Positions 47,632 to 57,746 of a DNA stretch of 64,000 bases are shown one piece after another. The stretch spans positions 196,820 to 260,819 of the forward strand of contig JBAYJP010000002.1 in the NCBI GenBank assembly GCA_041665025.1, given 5' to 3'. Every line of letters starts with the position of its first letter. Position 1 is the first letter of the stretch. This DNA is from Candidatus Magasanikiibacteriota bacterium. GTDB lineage: Bacteria; Patescibacteriota; Patescibacteriia; Magasanikbacterales; UBA922. Position numbers and translations under genes: made by a program. A model generated the notes under the pieces. The model made no database searches, had not been told where the DNA came from, and was given only the letters and a program-made list of their open reading frames with translations.

Positions 47632-49060
47632 GCAAGGTTAATATTTCCTTTAACGTCTTTTTGGAAATTCCACCTATACCTACGAGTACAAGACCATATA
47701 CCAATATACCTATGAGTATAAGTGTGAGAACGTGCAAATTTTGTAATAAAAATAAGACTGACCCCATGGCTATACTTGCTAATGCAATTTTTACAAATGT
47801 TTTTAATTGCACCTGTTCTTTACTGTAGTATTTTATGGTAATAAATAGAAGCAGTCCTGCGTACCATTCAGAAAAGACCGTCATCCATGCGGCGCCAGAC
47901 AATCCGTAGCGTGGAATAAATATGAGGTAGCCAATTAATGTAATAATTGCATCTGAAATATAAATCCACATAGTTTGTTTTTGCCGGTTTATTGCAACAG
48001 CCACGTGTCCAAATACACCTCCCACAAATACGCCAAGAACCGCAAGCGAAAGAATTTGAAGTATGTTTCCCGCGTCAGTAAAATTATTACCAGCCACGAG
48101 GCGCATAATTTTTGTGGATAGTATTGCCATTCCTACGGTTGTCGGGATTGCAATAAGCATCATAGAGTCAAATGACATTTGGTAGCGATGTCTGAAATCT
48201 TCTCTGTGGTTGCGCGACCATGAATATGCCAGGAGCGGCAACATGACACCCATGATCATCATTGCCATTTGTGCGATGATATCAATCACACGATACGCCG
48301 CTCCATACATCCCAACTTCTGCTTGCGAGCGCATGACCGTCAAAATAAGCGTGTCGCCCTTGAGATACACGACGTTGAAAATAATGGAAATAGTAATGGG
48401 CCACATTTTATGCGTGATGGATTTCCATATTTGTTTGTCATATGCAAAACCGAGAGGGGTCTCTCTGTGTGTAAAAATGAGCAAGGCTAATGTGTACACC
48501 ATACTTGCCAATGTGACTATACCCATGATTGGCAGAAAACCTAAGCCCTTTGTAATAACCAAGTATAAGCCAGCAACCAAAGCAATTCTTCCGATATTTT
48601 CGGCAATGGTCTGTATGTGCATTTTGAGCCGTGATTGAAATAGGCCGGTGATAACTTGATTTATAGAAATGCACAAAAAAGAAATAGTGGTAAAGCTTAT
48701 CGCAATTTTTACTTCAAGAGGATACGGAAAAAACCAGGCAACAAATGGTGTTATTCCTAGAAAAATAAGAGCAGTAACCAGGCGATAGGTAAGTAAATTT
48801 TTGAATAAAAATTGTTTATCAAAATTAGGTTCGCTCATCATTTGGGCTGTCACTGGGATAAGGCCAAAATCTATTAATATGCCGATAAATTGCAGAAATG
48901 TAATCACGGTTATATACCACCCAAACTGTTCAGTGCCCAAATAGCGGGTCATCATGCCGATAGCCAATAAACCAAAAAATGTGGAAATGACTTTTCCTAC
49001 AAGTTGATATATGGTGTTGTGGGCGACTTGGCGGGTGAGAGACATGTTGGCACGTAACAC
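47624..49060 (-). CDS. Polysaccharide/lipid-linked oligosaccharide flippase (Wzx/MOP superfamily)
   Basis: 478 aa, 12-14 TM helices typical of MOP flippases. Confidence 0.65.
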   Translation of the reverse strand: MLRANMSLTRQVAHNTIYQLVGKVISTFFGLLAIGMMTRYLGTEQFGWYITVITFLQFIGILIDFGLIPVTAQMMSEPNFDKQFLFKNLLTYRLVTALIFLGITPFVAWFFPYPLEVKIAISFTTISFLCISINQVITGLFQSRLKMHIQTIAENIGRIALVAGLYLVITKGLGFLPIMGIVTLASMVYTLALLIFTHRETPLGFAYDKQIWKSITHKMWPITISIIFNVVYLKGDTLILTVMRSQAEVGMYGAAYRVIDIIAQMAMMIMGVMLPLLAYSWSRNHREDFRHRYQMSFDSMMLIAIPTTVGMAILSTKIMRLVAGNNFTDAGNILQILSLAVLGVFVGGVFGHVAVAINRQKQTMWIYISDAIITLIGYLIFIPRYGLSGAAWMTVFSEWYAGLLLFITIKYYSKEQVQLKTFVKIALASIAMGSVLFLLQNLHVLTLILIGILVYGLVLVGIGGISKKTLKEILTLHG

Positions 49061-49130
49061 ATAGCACTTAACACATTTGAAAAATTTAAATAATTGTTAC
49101 GTGATATGTGTTACGTGCTACGTGATACAG
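49045..49130. repeat. Inverted arrays of 'nTAnCAC' heptads in divergent promoter region
   Basis: plus gtaaCACatagCACttaaCAC; minus tatCACgtagCACgtaaCACatatCACgtaaca. Confidence 0.6.
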
Positions 49131-49211
49131 TGTAGCATTTTTGGCTAAGAATAGCAACTAATTGAAAGCAGGATTTGCATATGATATACTGTGTGTATTA
49201 ACTGATTTTTT

Positions 49212-51089
49212 ATGAAAAGATATTTCAAAATACCCCTTTTGTTGTTCCCTATCCTTATTTTGAGTTTGTTTTTTAATGTTGAAAGCCTAAAAGCAGCCTC
49301 ATTACCAGAAGTAAAAGTACGCGATGAAGGCTACGCAGTAAAATATATAAGCCAATCTGTGCCTGATCCTATTATCATTGAAGCGGGAAAGACAACGGCA
49401 ATCACATATACATTCAAGAATATAGGTACGAAGACGTGGGACAGTGGAAGCAAGCAGTATATTTCTGCATATACCATGGAACCTCGATACCGTGCATCAA
49501 TTTTCAAAAGTTCAAATTGGCTTGAGGCAGGACAAACTGCAAAAATTGAAGGAGTGGTGAAACCTGGGCAAACAGGCGAACTTACATTAGAATTAAAAGC
49601 TCCAGAAAAAACAGGGACATACACAGAAAAGTTTTGGCTTGCGGCAGATGGATATTCGTGGGTAAAGGGAGGTTATTTCTACGCAGTTATACACGTGGTT
49701 GAACCAAAAGAAATATTTTCAGATGTAACTACAGAAAATAAAGTTCCGGTTTCAGGTGATTACCAGGCAAAACGTATTTTGATAAATAAAAAATCATTTA
49801 CAGCTCGAGGCGGTGAAGCAATACCAGTAATAATAGGATATCAAAACATAGGAAAAGGTTCGTGGAAAAATTATACATTGACGAGCGGTGCTTCGGCAGG
49901 CCTAGCAGGAGACGTACGGCAACTAAGTTTTGCACATGACAACTGGAAGTCGCCCACAATCGTTTCTGAAGTCTCTGAAGAAATTTCATCAGGAAAAGTA
50001 ATCCGCCATGAATTTTTTATAAAAACGCCAAGCAAACAGGGGACGTATGTGTTGTCACTTTCACTTAAAACTGATGGAGTTACTATCCCGGGGTCAGAGA
50101 CAAGTGTGTCAGTAAATGTTACTGAGAATGCGCCTAATTACGTAGATGACGGAACGCCCGTAGCTATTGAAGCTCCTCGCTTGGCAGAAGAACCAAAAAT
50201 TAGAGTTGGACTGTGGAGAGACCCGGGGACAAAGGTTGATTTTATTTCTGCAGATGACACATATATGGTGTATGATGGCGAAACGCAGGTTGGAGAATTA
50301 CCAGTAAATACAAAAGCAACACTGACATTTAATAATGGCATATATGGTTACAAGAGCGGGGATGTGTCATTTTCTACAGGAAAATTTATTCGTTTAGTTC
50401 CTCAAAATAATTGGCGTGCAGTGTTCACTCTGATCAACTATGAGCGCTTGGTATCGTGGAAAGCAAAAGCAAATTTCAATGAGTACCGCGGAGCTATGGA
50501 ATTGCGCCAGACCGAAGATGCAAAGACGTTGTATGTCATCAATGAACTTATGTTTGAAGATTATGTGGCAGGTATTGGGGAAACTTCAAATGCATCACCT
50601 ATTGAATATATCAAAGCACTTCTTACCGCCGCACGCACATATGCGTTTTATATAAAAGAATATAGTAGCAAGCATGACAGTCGGTATTTCGATGTTGTGG
50701 CTCATACCGGAGATCAATTGTATTTGGGATATGTGAGTGAAAAATTAATGCCGCGCGTGGTCGATGCCGCTAACCAAACGCGAGGGTATATGATTACCTA
50801 TGACGCAGATTCAAATGTGGAAACCCCGTCAGATATTGTTATTACCCCATATTATGGCAATAGTGATGGACGTACGCGGAGTTGGACAGAGGTCTGGGGC
50901 GGCAAGACAAAGCCATGGCTTACATCAGTTGACGCAACGTATGACAAACGCGACGGAAGAAAAATGAATGGCCATGGTGTTGGTATGAGCGCGCGTGATG
51001 CCGCCATTCGCGCGGAAGAAGAAAGTGCCGATTGGCAGAGTTTGATTAAGTATTATTATACGGGTGTGGAAGTGGAGAAAGTTTATTAG
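49212..51089 (+). CDS. Secreted protein with two Ig-like (NBR1-like) N-terminal repeats and C-terminal SpoIID/LytB domain
   Basis: Signal peptide; repeated ~110-aa modules; 'LTAARTYAFYIKEY...VVAHTGDQLYLGY' SpoIID/LytB signature. Confidence 0.7.
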   Translation: MKRYFKIPLLLFPILILSLFFNVESLKAASLPEVKVRDEGYAVKYISQSVPDPIIIEAGKTTAITYTFKNIGTKTWDSGSKQYISAYTMEPRYRASIFKSSNWLEAGQTAKIEGVVKPGQTGELTLELKAPEKTGTYTEKFWLAADGYSWVKGGYFYAVIHVVEPKEIFSDVTTENKVPVSGDYQAKRILINKKSFTARGGEAIPVIIGYQNIGKGSWKNYTLTSGASAGLAGDVRQLSFAHDNWKSPTIVSEVSEEISSGKVIRHEFFIKTPSKQGTYVLSLSLKTDGVTIPGSETSVSVNVTENAPNYVDDGTPVAIEAPRLAEEPKIRVGLWRDPGTKVDFISADDTYMVYDGETQVGELPVNTKATLTFNNGIYGYKSGDVSFSTGKFIRLVPQNNWRAVFTLINYERLVSWKAKANFNEYRGAMELRQTEDAKTLYVINELMFEDYVAGIGETSNASPIEYIKALLTAARTYAFYIKEYSSKHDSRYFDVVAHTGDQLYLGYVSEKLMPRVVDAANQTRGYMITYDADSNVETPSDIVITPYYGNSDGRTRSWTEVWGGKTKPWLTSVDATYDKRDGRKMNGHGVGMSARDAAIRAEEESADWQSLIKYYYTGVEVEKVY

Positions 51090-51123
51090 CATTGATTTAG
51101 ACTGACTTAAATGGATTTAAACT

Positions 51124-51150
51124 AAAAACCGACCACGAGGTCGGTTTTTA
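51124..51150. terminator. Bidirectional intrinsic terminator (aaaaaccgacc-acgag-ggtcggttttta)
   Basis: 7-bp GC stem flanked by A/T tracts. Confidence 0.7.
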
Positions 51151-51163
51151 GTTTTCTATATTA

Positions 51164-52123
51164 CTAATTTTCAAAAAGTAGCGCATCAAAATAATTATTA
51201 TTTTTTGGGAGATGTACCTCAGTAGAAATCATTTTATGTAAAACTTTCTTTAATAAATATTCTAGTTTAAAACTAGCTGTCATGAAATCAGTCACATCAT
51301 CAAATAAAATTAATTTTTTTTTAACCGATTTACTTACTTCATCCTCTAACTCCTTAATAATTTTATTTTCGTGTATGATTCGCGAACGAATATCATATAA
51401 CACTCTAATGAACTCAAAGATGGTCTTTCTTTCCTGTGCACTTTTTCCAATAAAGAAAGCAGATCTCAATGCAACTTTGTATGTTGATTCGTGTCGTTCC
51501 CCAAAGATACTATCAAAAGCAATTATAAGATCTATCAGACATTCAATAATATCTTTATTTTCCCAAGAATTGTTAAGTCGTTTGATAATGTGATATTCTT
51601 TTGAATTCGATTGTCCTGTAAGTAATTCCATGTCTTTGCCCTTTCCGTCAATTCCTTTGCAAAAAAGGGAGTACTTATTGCAGAAAGTGCTAAATTCAGA
51701 AAAACCCACCTTGTCCATGGTTATACTTTCTTTTTCAGCAATTGAGTTTTTTCTTATTCTGTGATCATTTGTGGGCCATGGCCTAACAAAGAGTATATTT
51801 TTTGGATAAAAAATTCTTAATGAAACCAAAATGTTTTTTATTTTAGAATCACAAAAAATACGGTTGAAAAGCAATTTCTTTTTAAAATTAAAGATAATCT
51901 TTGTTTTTATAATTGCAATTTCTTCTCTGCACAGCGGAGAATTATTAGGGATTGAGAGCATAATATGTTCACCATCATTTTCTATTATCGGGCTTAACAT
52001 CACCTCAACATTTTCTTCGGAAAATAAGACATGACTGCTCTGTATCTCTAGACCACCAACAAAATACGTAAAAGAAGTAGGTGATTTTGCAATTAAGTTG
52101 GAAAAAATATTTGATCTCACCAT
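51164..52123 (-). CDS. Very AT-rich hypothetical protein with C-terminal HEPN-like R-x4-H motif (Abi-like candidate); ORF extends to 52165 through a terminator
   Basis: 'LYDIRSRIIHENK' Rx4H; ~28% GC gene bracketed by terminators 51124-51150 and 52151-52180. Confidence 0.45.
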   Translation of the reverse strand: MVRSNIFSNLIAKSPTSFTYFVGGLEIQSSHVLFSEENVEVMLSPIIENDGEHIMLSIPNNSPLCREEIAIIKTKIIFNFKKKLLFNRIFCDSKIKNILVSLRIFYPKNILFVRPWPTNDHRIRKNSIAEKESITMDKVGFSEFSTFCNKYSLFCKGIDGKGKDMELLTGQSNSKEYHIIKRLNNSWENKDIIECLIDLIIAFDSIFGERHESTYKVALRSAFFIGKSAQERKTIFEFIRVLYDIRSRIIHENKIIKELEDEVSKSVKKKLILFDDVTDFMTASFKLEYLLKKVLHKMISTEVHLPKNNNYFDALLFEN

Positions 52124-52150
52124 ACGGTATTTATTGCATTTTCGTTTTAT

Positions 52151-52180
52151 AAAAACCACCCGCATTGAGGATGGTTTTTT
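52151..52180 (-). terminator. recA intrinsic terminator (aaccatcc-tcaatgc-gggtggtt, one G-U)
   Basis: Hairpin + T-tract 5 nt past recA stop. Confidence 0.6.
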
Positions 52181-52184
52181 AAAT

Positions 52185-53240
52185 TTACTCCTCTACACTC
52201 TCCCGTTCTCCAACTTTACCTTTTTCTTCCTCAGGTGCCTCACCACGTTCCACCGCTTCCCAAATTTTTTCGCGTATTGCTTTCATAAGTTTTGGATTTG
52301 CGCGTAAAAATTCTTTTGCTTTTTCACGTCCAACACCAAGTTTTTCTTCGCCAAATGAATAGCTATTGCCGGATTTTTGGACTACTCTGTGCAATACCCC
52401 TGTGTCTATGAGGTCGCCCGAAACAGAAATTCCTTCGTTGTACATAATATCAAATTCAGTGGTGCGGAATGGCGCGGCGACTTTATTTTTTACTACTTTT
52501 GCTTTCACGCGATTGCCGATAATTTTTTCTGCTTGTTTTATTTGTGCGGCGCGTCGAACTTCAATACGGACCGAAGAATAAAATTTCAGCGCATTACCAC
52601 CAGTGGTTGTTTCAGGGTTTCCAAAAAACACGCCAATCTTCATGCGGGTCTGATTGATAAAAATAACAACTGTTTTTGTTTTGCTTACAATGCCGGTGAG
52701 TTTGCGAAGTGCCTGTGACATGAGGCGTGCCTGCAAACCCATGTGCTGGTCTCCCATTTCACCTTCGATTTCTGCTTTTGGAACAAGTGCCGCTACTGAA
52801 TCTACTACGGCCACGTCAACAGCATTTGAACGCACTAATGTTTCCAAAATTTCAAGTGCTTGTTCTCCTGTGTCTGGCTGGGAAATATACAAAGCGTCGA
52901 CATCAACGCCAATCTTTCGTGCATAGTCAGGATCGAGCGCGTGTTCGGCGTCAATAAATGCTGCAATTCCACCTAGTTTTTGGACTTCTGCAATAATATG
53001 CTGGGCAAGTGTAGTTTTTCCACTTGCTTCAGGACCAAAAATTTCTATAACTCTTCCACGGGGGACGCCTTTGACACCAAGTGCGATATCAAGGGAAATT
53101 GAACCAGTTGAGACCGCATCTACATTGCTTGCTTTTGCTTCTCCAAAACGCATAATGGCATTTTCGCCATATCGTTCTTTAATTTGATCAATAGCAGTCT
53201 GGGCTGCCTGGAGTTTTGGATTTTCAGCTTTTGTTGCCAT
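52185..53240 (-). CDS. recA: Recombinase A
   Basis: '[13 protein letters not shown]' Walker A, '[29 protein letters not shown]'. Confidence 0.97.
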   Translation of the reverse strand: MATKAENPKLQAAQTAIDQIKERYGENAIMRFGEAKASNVDAVSTGSISLDIALGVKGVPRGRVIEIFGPEASGKTTLAQHIIAEVQKLGGIAAFIDAEHALDPDYARKIGVDVDALYISQPDTGEQALEILETLVRSNAVDVAVVDSVAALVPKAEIEGEMGDQHMGLQARLMSQALRKLTGIVSKTKTVVIFINQTRMKIGVFFGNPETTTGGNALKFYSSVRIEVRRAAQIKQAEKIIGNRVKAKVVKNKVAAPFRTTEFDIMYNEGISVSGDLIDTGVLHRVVQKSGNSYSFGEEKLGVGREKAKEFLRANPKLMKAIREKIWEAVERGEAPEEEKGKVGERESVEE

Positions 53241-53321
53241 AGTATGGTATGTTATGTTTCAGTTTAAAAAAGAGAGGAATGCCTCTCCCGCCACGTATTG
53301 TACCTGGTTGCCAAATTAGTG

Positions 53322-54035
53322 TCAATTGGTATTTTGAGTGCTTGGTGCCAAGGTAATATAGTCAATATTTTTGTATATGATATGGCGTGTTTCAGAGGTA
53401 TTCTTTCCATGTTTATTATATGCATTGATAACCAATGTGTTAATGCCCGGAGACAAAAGGATAGTTTGTTCAAAATTTCCTTTTTCGTCGTTATTAATAT
53501 TTTCTCCGTTGATAGTAATTTTTGTTTCAGGCTCTGTTGTGCCAGTGACTTGTATAGAATTTTTTTGCGTCACCATACCCTCGGTAGGTTCGACAACAGA
53601 AAGGCTTGGAGGTCTTAAAATATTTTTTACATGGAGGCCTAAATAGAAAACAAGAGATAATGTCGCGGCTCCCACAAGAGCATAACGTATGATAAGAGGG
53701 AGACTGCGTAAATGCCACTTGGAACATAAGAATTTTTTCTGCTGTGTGGCACGCGGTTTGTACGATAATTCTTCCTCTGTAAATTGTTCAATAAATGGCG
53801 TAGGGTCTTCACCAAGCGCACTCACGTATTTTTTTATGAAATTTTTTTGGTAGACAGCAGAATATTTGAGCATTTCAAAATTACATTCTTCTATTGCTTG
53901 TAAATATTTTTTACTAATTTTTGTTTTTTTCTCAAGTTCTTCAAGTGATATACCTGACGCATCACGCAGAGATTTCAAACGCAAACAAACCCGCTTGCTC
54001 GGGATCAGACATTTTTTGGAAAACATGGGGGACAT
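53322..54035 (-). CDS. RodZ-like HTH (XRE) membrane protein
   Basis: N-terminal HTH 'LRDASGISLEELEKKTKISKKYLQAIE', central TM, C-terminal beta domain. Confidence 0.6.
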   Translation of the reverse strand: MSPMFSKKCLIPSKRVCLRLKSLRDASGISLEELEKKTKISKKYLQAIEECNFEMLKYSAVYQKNFIKKYVSALGEDPTPFIEQFTEEELSYKPRATQQKKFLCSKWHLRSLPLIIRYALVGAATLSLVFYLGLHVKNILRPPSLSVVEPTEGMVTQKNSIQVTGTTEPETKITINGENINNDEKGNFEQTILLSPGINTLVINAYNKHGKNTSETRHIIYKNIDYITLAPSTQNTN

Positions 54036-54106
54036 AACCTGACTAATTTTTAATTTCGAATTTTGAATTTTAAAACAATATCACAATATCCAATTTATCC
54101 GGCGTA

Positions 54107-54125
54107 GTCCCGACTGGGTCGGGAC
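54107..54125. other. Perfect 8-bp GC hairpin gtcccgac-tgg-gtcgggac downstream of ftsK
   Basis: Exact inverted repeat; no clear U-tract on either strand. Confidence 0.5.
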
Positions 54126-54153
54126 GAAAACGGAATATCTGTTTAGTATTTTT

Positions 54154-56526
54154 TTAATATTTATTATCTTCATTTTCTGTTTCTTTTTCTACGATTTCAT
54201 CGCCAATTCCTTCATCAATAGTTTCATCTTCCTGATCGCCCAATTCTTCTTCAGTTATTCCATCTTTTGCCACTTCATTTTTTGTTGGTGCGTCAAACGC
54301 ATTGAATTCTGCTCCTGCATCCATTGTATCATTTACCTCAGTTTCTGTCACGAGAATTTCACGAGGTTTTGCACCGTCGCCTGGTCCTATAATTCCTTCT
54401 TCTTCGAGTTCATCCAAAATACGAGCGGCACGTGCATATCCAATTTTTAATCGTCGTTGTAAAAATGACGCACTTGCTTTGCCCGCTTGCACCAGAGCCT
54501 TGCGTGCCTCGTCAAAGAGCGGGTCTCGATCATCGCTTGCTCCGCCAAATAAATTTAGAGTACCGCTTTTTTGTTGGCCCGTGATTGATTCATCATATTC
54601 AGGTTCTTCGTCACCCTTGAGATAATCCACGACATCTTTGAGTTCTTCTTCAGAAATAAATGCTCCTTGAATGCGAATTGGTTTACTGAGTTCTGCGGTT
54701 TGGAATAACATATCTCCGCGACCTAATAATTTTTCTGCGCCCGGAGAATCGAGTATTGTGCGCGAATCAATTTGTGATGCAACAGAAAAGGCAATACGTG
54801 CAGGAATGTTTGCTTTCATAAGTCCGGTAATAACATCAACACTCGGACGTTGTGTTGCAACAACAATATGTATACCAACTGCGCGTGCCATTTGTGCAAG
54901 TCGAATAATGCCCGCTTCTACTTCATTTGCTGCTGATGCCATAAGGTCTGCGAGCTCGTCAATGACAAAGACAATATGTGGCATTTTGTTATCCGGATGT
55001 TTTGCATTGTATGAATGTATATCGCGCGATCCAACACTGGCAAGCACTTCAAATCTTCTATCCATCTCGCCAATGGTCCATTTGAGCGCGTTCACTGTTT
55101 TTTGGACATTGGTAATGACCGGAGTTAACAAATGCGGAATACCATTGTAGAGCGTGAGTTCAACTCGTTTGGGATCAACCATTATGATGCGTAGTGTTTC
55201 TGCGGTATTTTGAAACAACAAACTCATGATAATGGTATTTACGCATACCGTTTTTCCAGATCCAGTTGCGCCGGCAATCAGTAAATGTGGCATGCGCGGT
55301 AGATCTCCAAACCACACTTTTCCGGCCACATCTTTTCCAAGTGCTATCATCATACTGTGCTGACGATTTTTAAACTCTTTTGACTCAAGCAATTCTTTTA
55401 CTGACACCAGTGCGGCGCGTTCGTTTGGCACTTCAATACCTACAAGCGGTTTGCCAGGAATTGGCGCTTCAATTCTAATTGGATGAGCAGCAAGCGCAAG
55501 CGCTAAATCATTTGATAATCCAGTAATGCGTGAGAGTTTGACGCCTTTATCGGGTTTAAGTGAGTATTGGGTTACTGTTGGTCCTACCCGTATTTCACCC
55601 ATAGTAACGCCAATGCCAAATTGGCTAAATGTGTCTTGGATGATTTCTGCGTTTGCCACGATGTCGCCACTCGTTGGTTTCCCTCGTTTGTCAGACAAGA
55701 GGGTTAGTGGTGGCAAATTTTTTATAATTACTCGTTTTGACCAGACATCAGATGGCTTATGCTCTGGTTCTTCTTGTTCAGCAGATTCCTCATCTTCTTC
55801 GTGAGATTCGTTACCTACTTGTTTATTTATAAATTTTCGTTTTGGCTCTTCTTCCTCTATTTCTTCGTCATTCTCAACTACTTCATTTTCGTTCTCATCT
55901 TCATCATTTGTCTCTCTATAGTCGCCGTTGATTTTAATTTTTTGAGTTCCCGCTACTGGTTGATATATTTTTTTTGTGATATTGATAATACAGTGGCCAA
56001 ACCAGCCAAGGCCAGATAATATTTTTTGATGAAATAAAATAAATGCAGAGAGAGACGCATTGAAAATAAGAAAGAGTGCGATAATAAATAGCCCAACTAG
56101 AATGACATATCCGGCAATAATGCCAGTGTATTGCTTCAAAGGCCATGCGAGCATACCAAATACCCCGCCACCAAATCCATCCAAAGCTTGCTGCCACATG
56201 TCTCCTGTTTCAAAATGCATGTGCATCATGCCTGACAGGGCAAAAAATAAAAAAATAGCGCCCATACCATGCATGGGACGATAATGATATTCACCCGAGC
56301 GCAACAAAAATCCTGCGAGTAGTAGAATAACTGCAGGCACAACATAGCGGATAGATCCAAATAGGAAACTCAGAAGATATTCATCGAGCATGATGCCAAT
56401 TGCGCCAGCCTTATCAAAAAAACTAAGCATGATGATGACTGAAAATACCATGAGAAGAACTGCGATGATACCGCGAGAAAGAGTTGGATTAAAAGACGAT
56501 CCAGTTTGTCTGCGTCTGCGGGACAT
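54154..56526 (-). CDS. ftsK: DNA translocase FtsK/SpoIIIE
   Basis: N-terminal TM helices, acidic linker, 'GATGSGKTVCVNTII' Walker A, C-terminal gamma winged helix. Confidence 0.95.
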   Translation of the reverse strand: MSRRRRQTGSSFNPTLSRGIIAVLLMVFSVIIMLSFFDKAGAIGIMLDEYLLSFLFGSIRYVVPAVILLLAGFLLRSGEYHYRPMHGMGAIFLFFALSGMMHMHFETGDMWQQALDGFGGGVFGMLAWPLKQYTGIIAGYVILVGLFIIALFLIFNASLSAFILFHQKILSGLGWFGHCIINITKKIYQPVAGTQKIKINGDYRETNDEDENENEVVENDEEIEEEEPKRKFINKQVGNESHEEDEESAEQEEPEHKPSDVWSKRVIIKNLPPLTLLSDKRGKPTSGDIVANAEIIQDTFSQFGIGVTMGEIRVGPTVTQYSLKPDKGVKLSRITGLSNDLALALAAHPIRIEAPIPGKPLVGIEVPNERAALVSVKELLESKEFKNRQHSMMIALGKDVAGKVWFGDLPRMPHLLIAGATGSGKTVCVNTIIMSLLFQNTAETLRIIMVDPKRVELTLYNGIPHLLTPVITNVQKTVNALKWTIGEMDRRFEVLASVGSRDIHSYNAKHPDNKMPHIVFVIDELADLMASAANEVEAGIIRLAQMARAVGIHIVVATQRPSVDVITGLMKANIPARIAFSVASQIDSRTILDSPGAEKLLGRGDMLFQTAELSKPIRIQGAFISEEELKDVVDYLKGDEEPEYDESITGQQKSGTLNLFGGASDDRDPLFDEARKALVQAGKASASFLQRRLKIGYARAARILDELEEEGIIGPGDGAKPREILVTETEVNDTMDAGAEFNAFDAPTKNEVAKDGITEEELGDQEDETIDEGIGDEIVEKETENEDNKY

Positions 56527-56649
56527 AGGGAAGATAAGTAGTTGCGTAAGATCTTACGCAATAAACACAGATATTGTAGCATATTTTCTTTTAAAGAGGA
56601 ATGGATTTTCATTTGACGCACATGTATTGCCTGATATACTGAAAGTATT

Positions 56650-57174
56650 ATGGATAAAAATCAGACAATTATTCTTGGTGGTGGATGTTTTTGGTGTACA
56701 GAAGCGGCATTTTTACGTGTGCCTGGAGTTTTGAGCGTGAAGCCAGGCTATGCAGGTGGCAGCAAACCAAATTCCACTTATGAAGAAGTTTGTGCAGGCG
56801 ATACAGGGCACGCTGAAGTTGTAAAAGTAGAATTTGACCCGGCTGTCGTTCCACTTGAGAAAATACTTGAGCTATTTTTTCTTATACACGATCCCACATC
56901 TTTAAATCGGCAGGGGAATGACGTGGGTACACAGTATAGATCTATTATTTTATATAGTACTGATGAACAAAAAGAGTTTATAATGCGCTATGTTGAGCAA
57001 ATTAAAAATAATTATCAAAAGCCTCTTGTAACTGAAGTTAAAAAAAATGATGTATTTTACGAAGCAGAGGAATATCACCATAATTACTTTGCCCGGAACC
57101 TGGACAAAGCATACTGTCAGGTGGTTATTGCGCCGAAGGTAAAGAAAATTGAAGAAATATTAGAAAATTATTAA
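56650..57174 (+). CDS. msrA: Peptide methionine sulfoxide reductase A
   Basis: 'GGGCFWCTEA' active site. Confidence 0.95.
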   Translation: MDKNQTIILGGGCFWCTEAAFLRVPGVLSVKPGYAGGSKPNSTYEEVCAGDTGHAEVVKVEFDPAVVPLEKILELFFLIHDPTSLNRQGNDVGTQYRSIILYSTDEQKEFIMRYVEQIKNNYQKPLVTEVKKNDVFYEAEEYHHNYFARNLDKAYCQVVIAPKVKKIEEILENY

Positions 57175-57658
57175 TTATTTGATATTAATCTTTTCCACCC
57201 GAGGCGGACCAGCCTTGGGCTGGCAATCTTTGTAATCTTACAATCTTCCAACTCTTAGAAGAGTATAATCAATGGTTTTATCTGAGCTTATAAAGGGTAA
57301 AAGTATATACGTGTTCGGTATGAATTGTGGATAAAGTTGTGGCAAAATATGGCTTATTTGGTAGTGGACTGTTTATTTTAGGCTTAAATTAGATAAAAAG
57401 TAGGGCTTCTTGACAGATAGTTATCCACTTGTTCTCTATTTGACAAGGGGCCTTTTTTCAGGTATCCTAATGAGGCTATTGAATTCTTCACGAGAAATGG
57501 GTGAAAAATAGCTCAAATAAGCTTAAAACTGGTTTTCTCGTTCCTTCGGTTTCGTTTGGGGCGGAAATACCCGGCACCACATGCGCGCAATTTCTCTCGA
57601 CAAATAGCTTTGCAATACAAAAACCTTTCAAAAAAGGGATTTTTTGTTATCTATAGTC

Positions 57659-57734
57659 ATGTACGAAATACGAAAAATACGAAAGTACGAAAAATATTAT
57701 TTCGGATATTTCGCAGCTTTCGTATTTCGAACAT
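57659..57734. repeat. Palindromic TACGAAA-repeat element (IRs atgtacgaaatacgaaa / tttcgtatttcgaacat) 12 nt upstream of rpoB ATG
   Basis: 17-bp terminal inverted repeat (1 mismatch); same terminal words as 14483-14569. Confidence 0.65.
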
Positions 57735-57746
57735 AATCATTTTTTT

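Noticed and set aside
54107-54125. GC hairpin after ftsK as a rho-independent terminator
   Set aside because: No U-tract follows on either strand. Retained as a hairpin of unknown role rather than a terminator.
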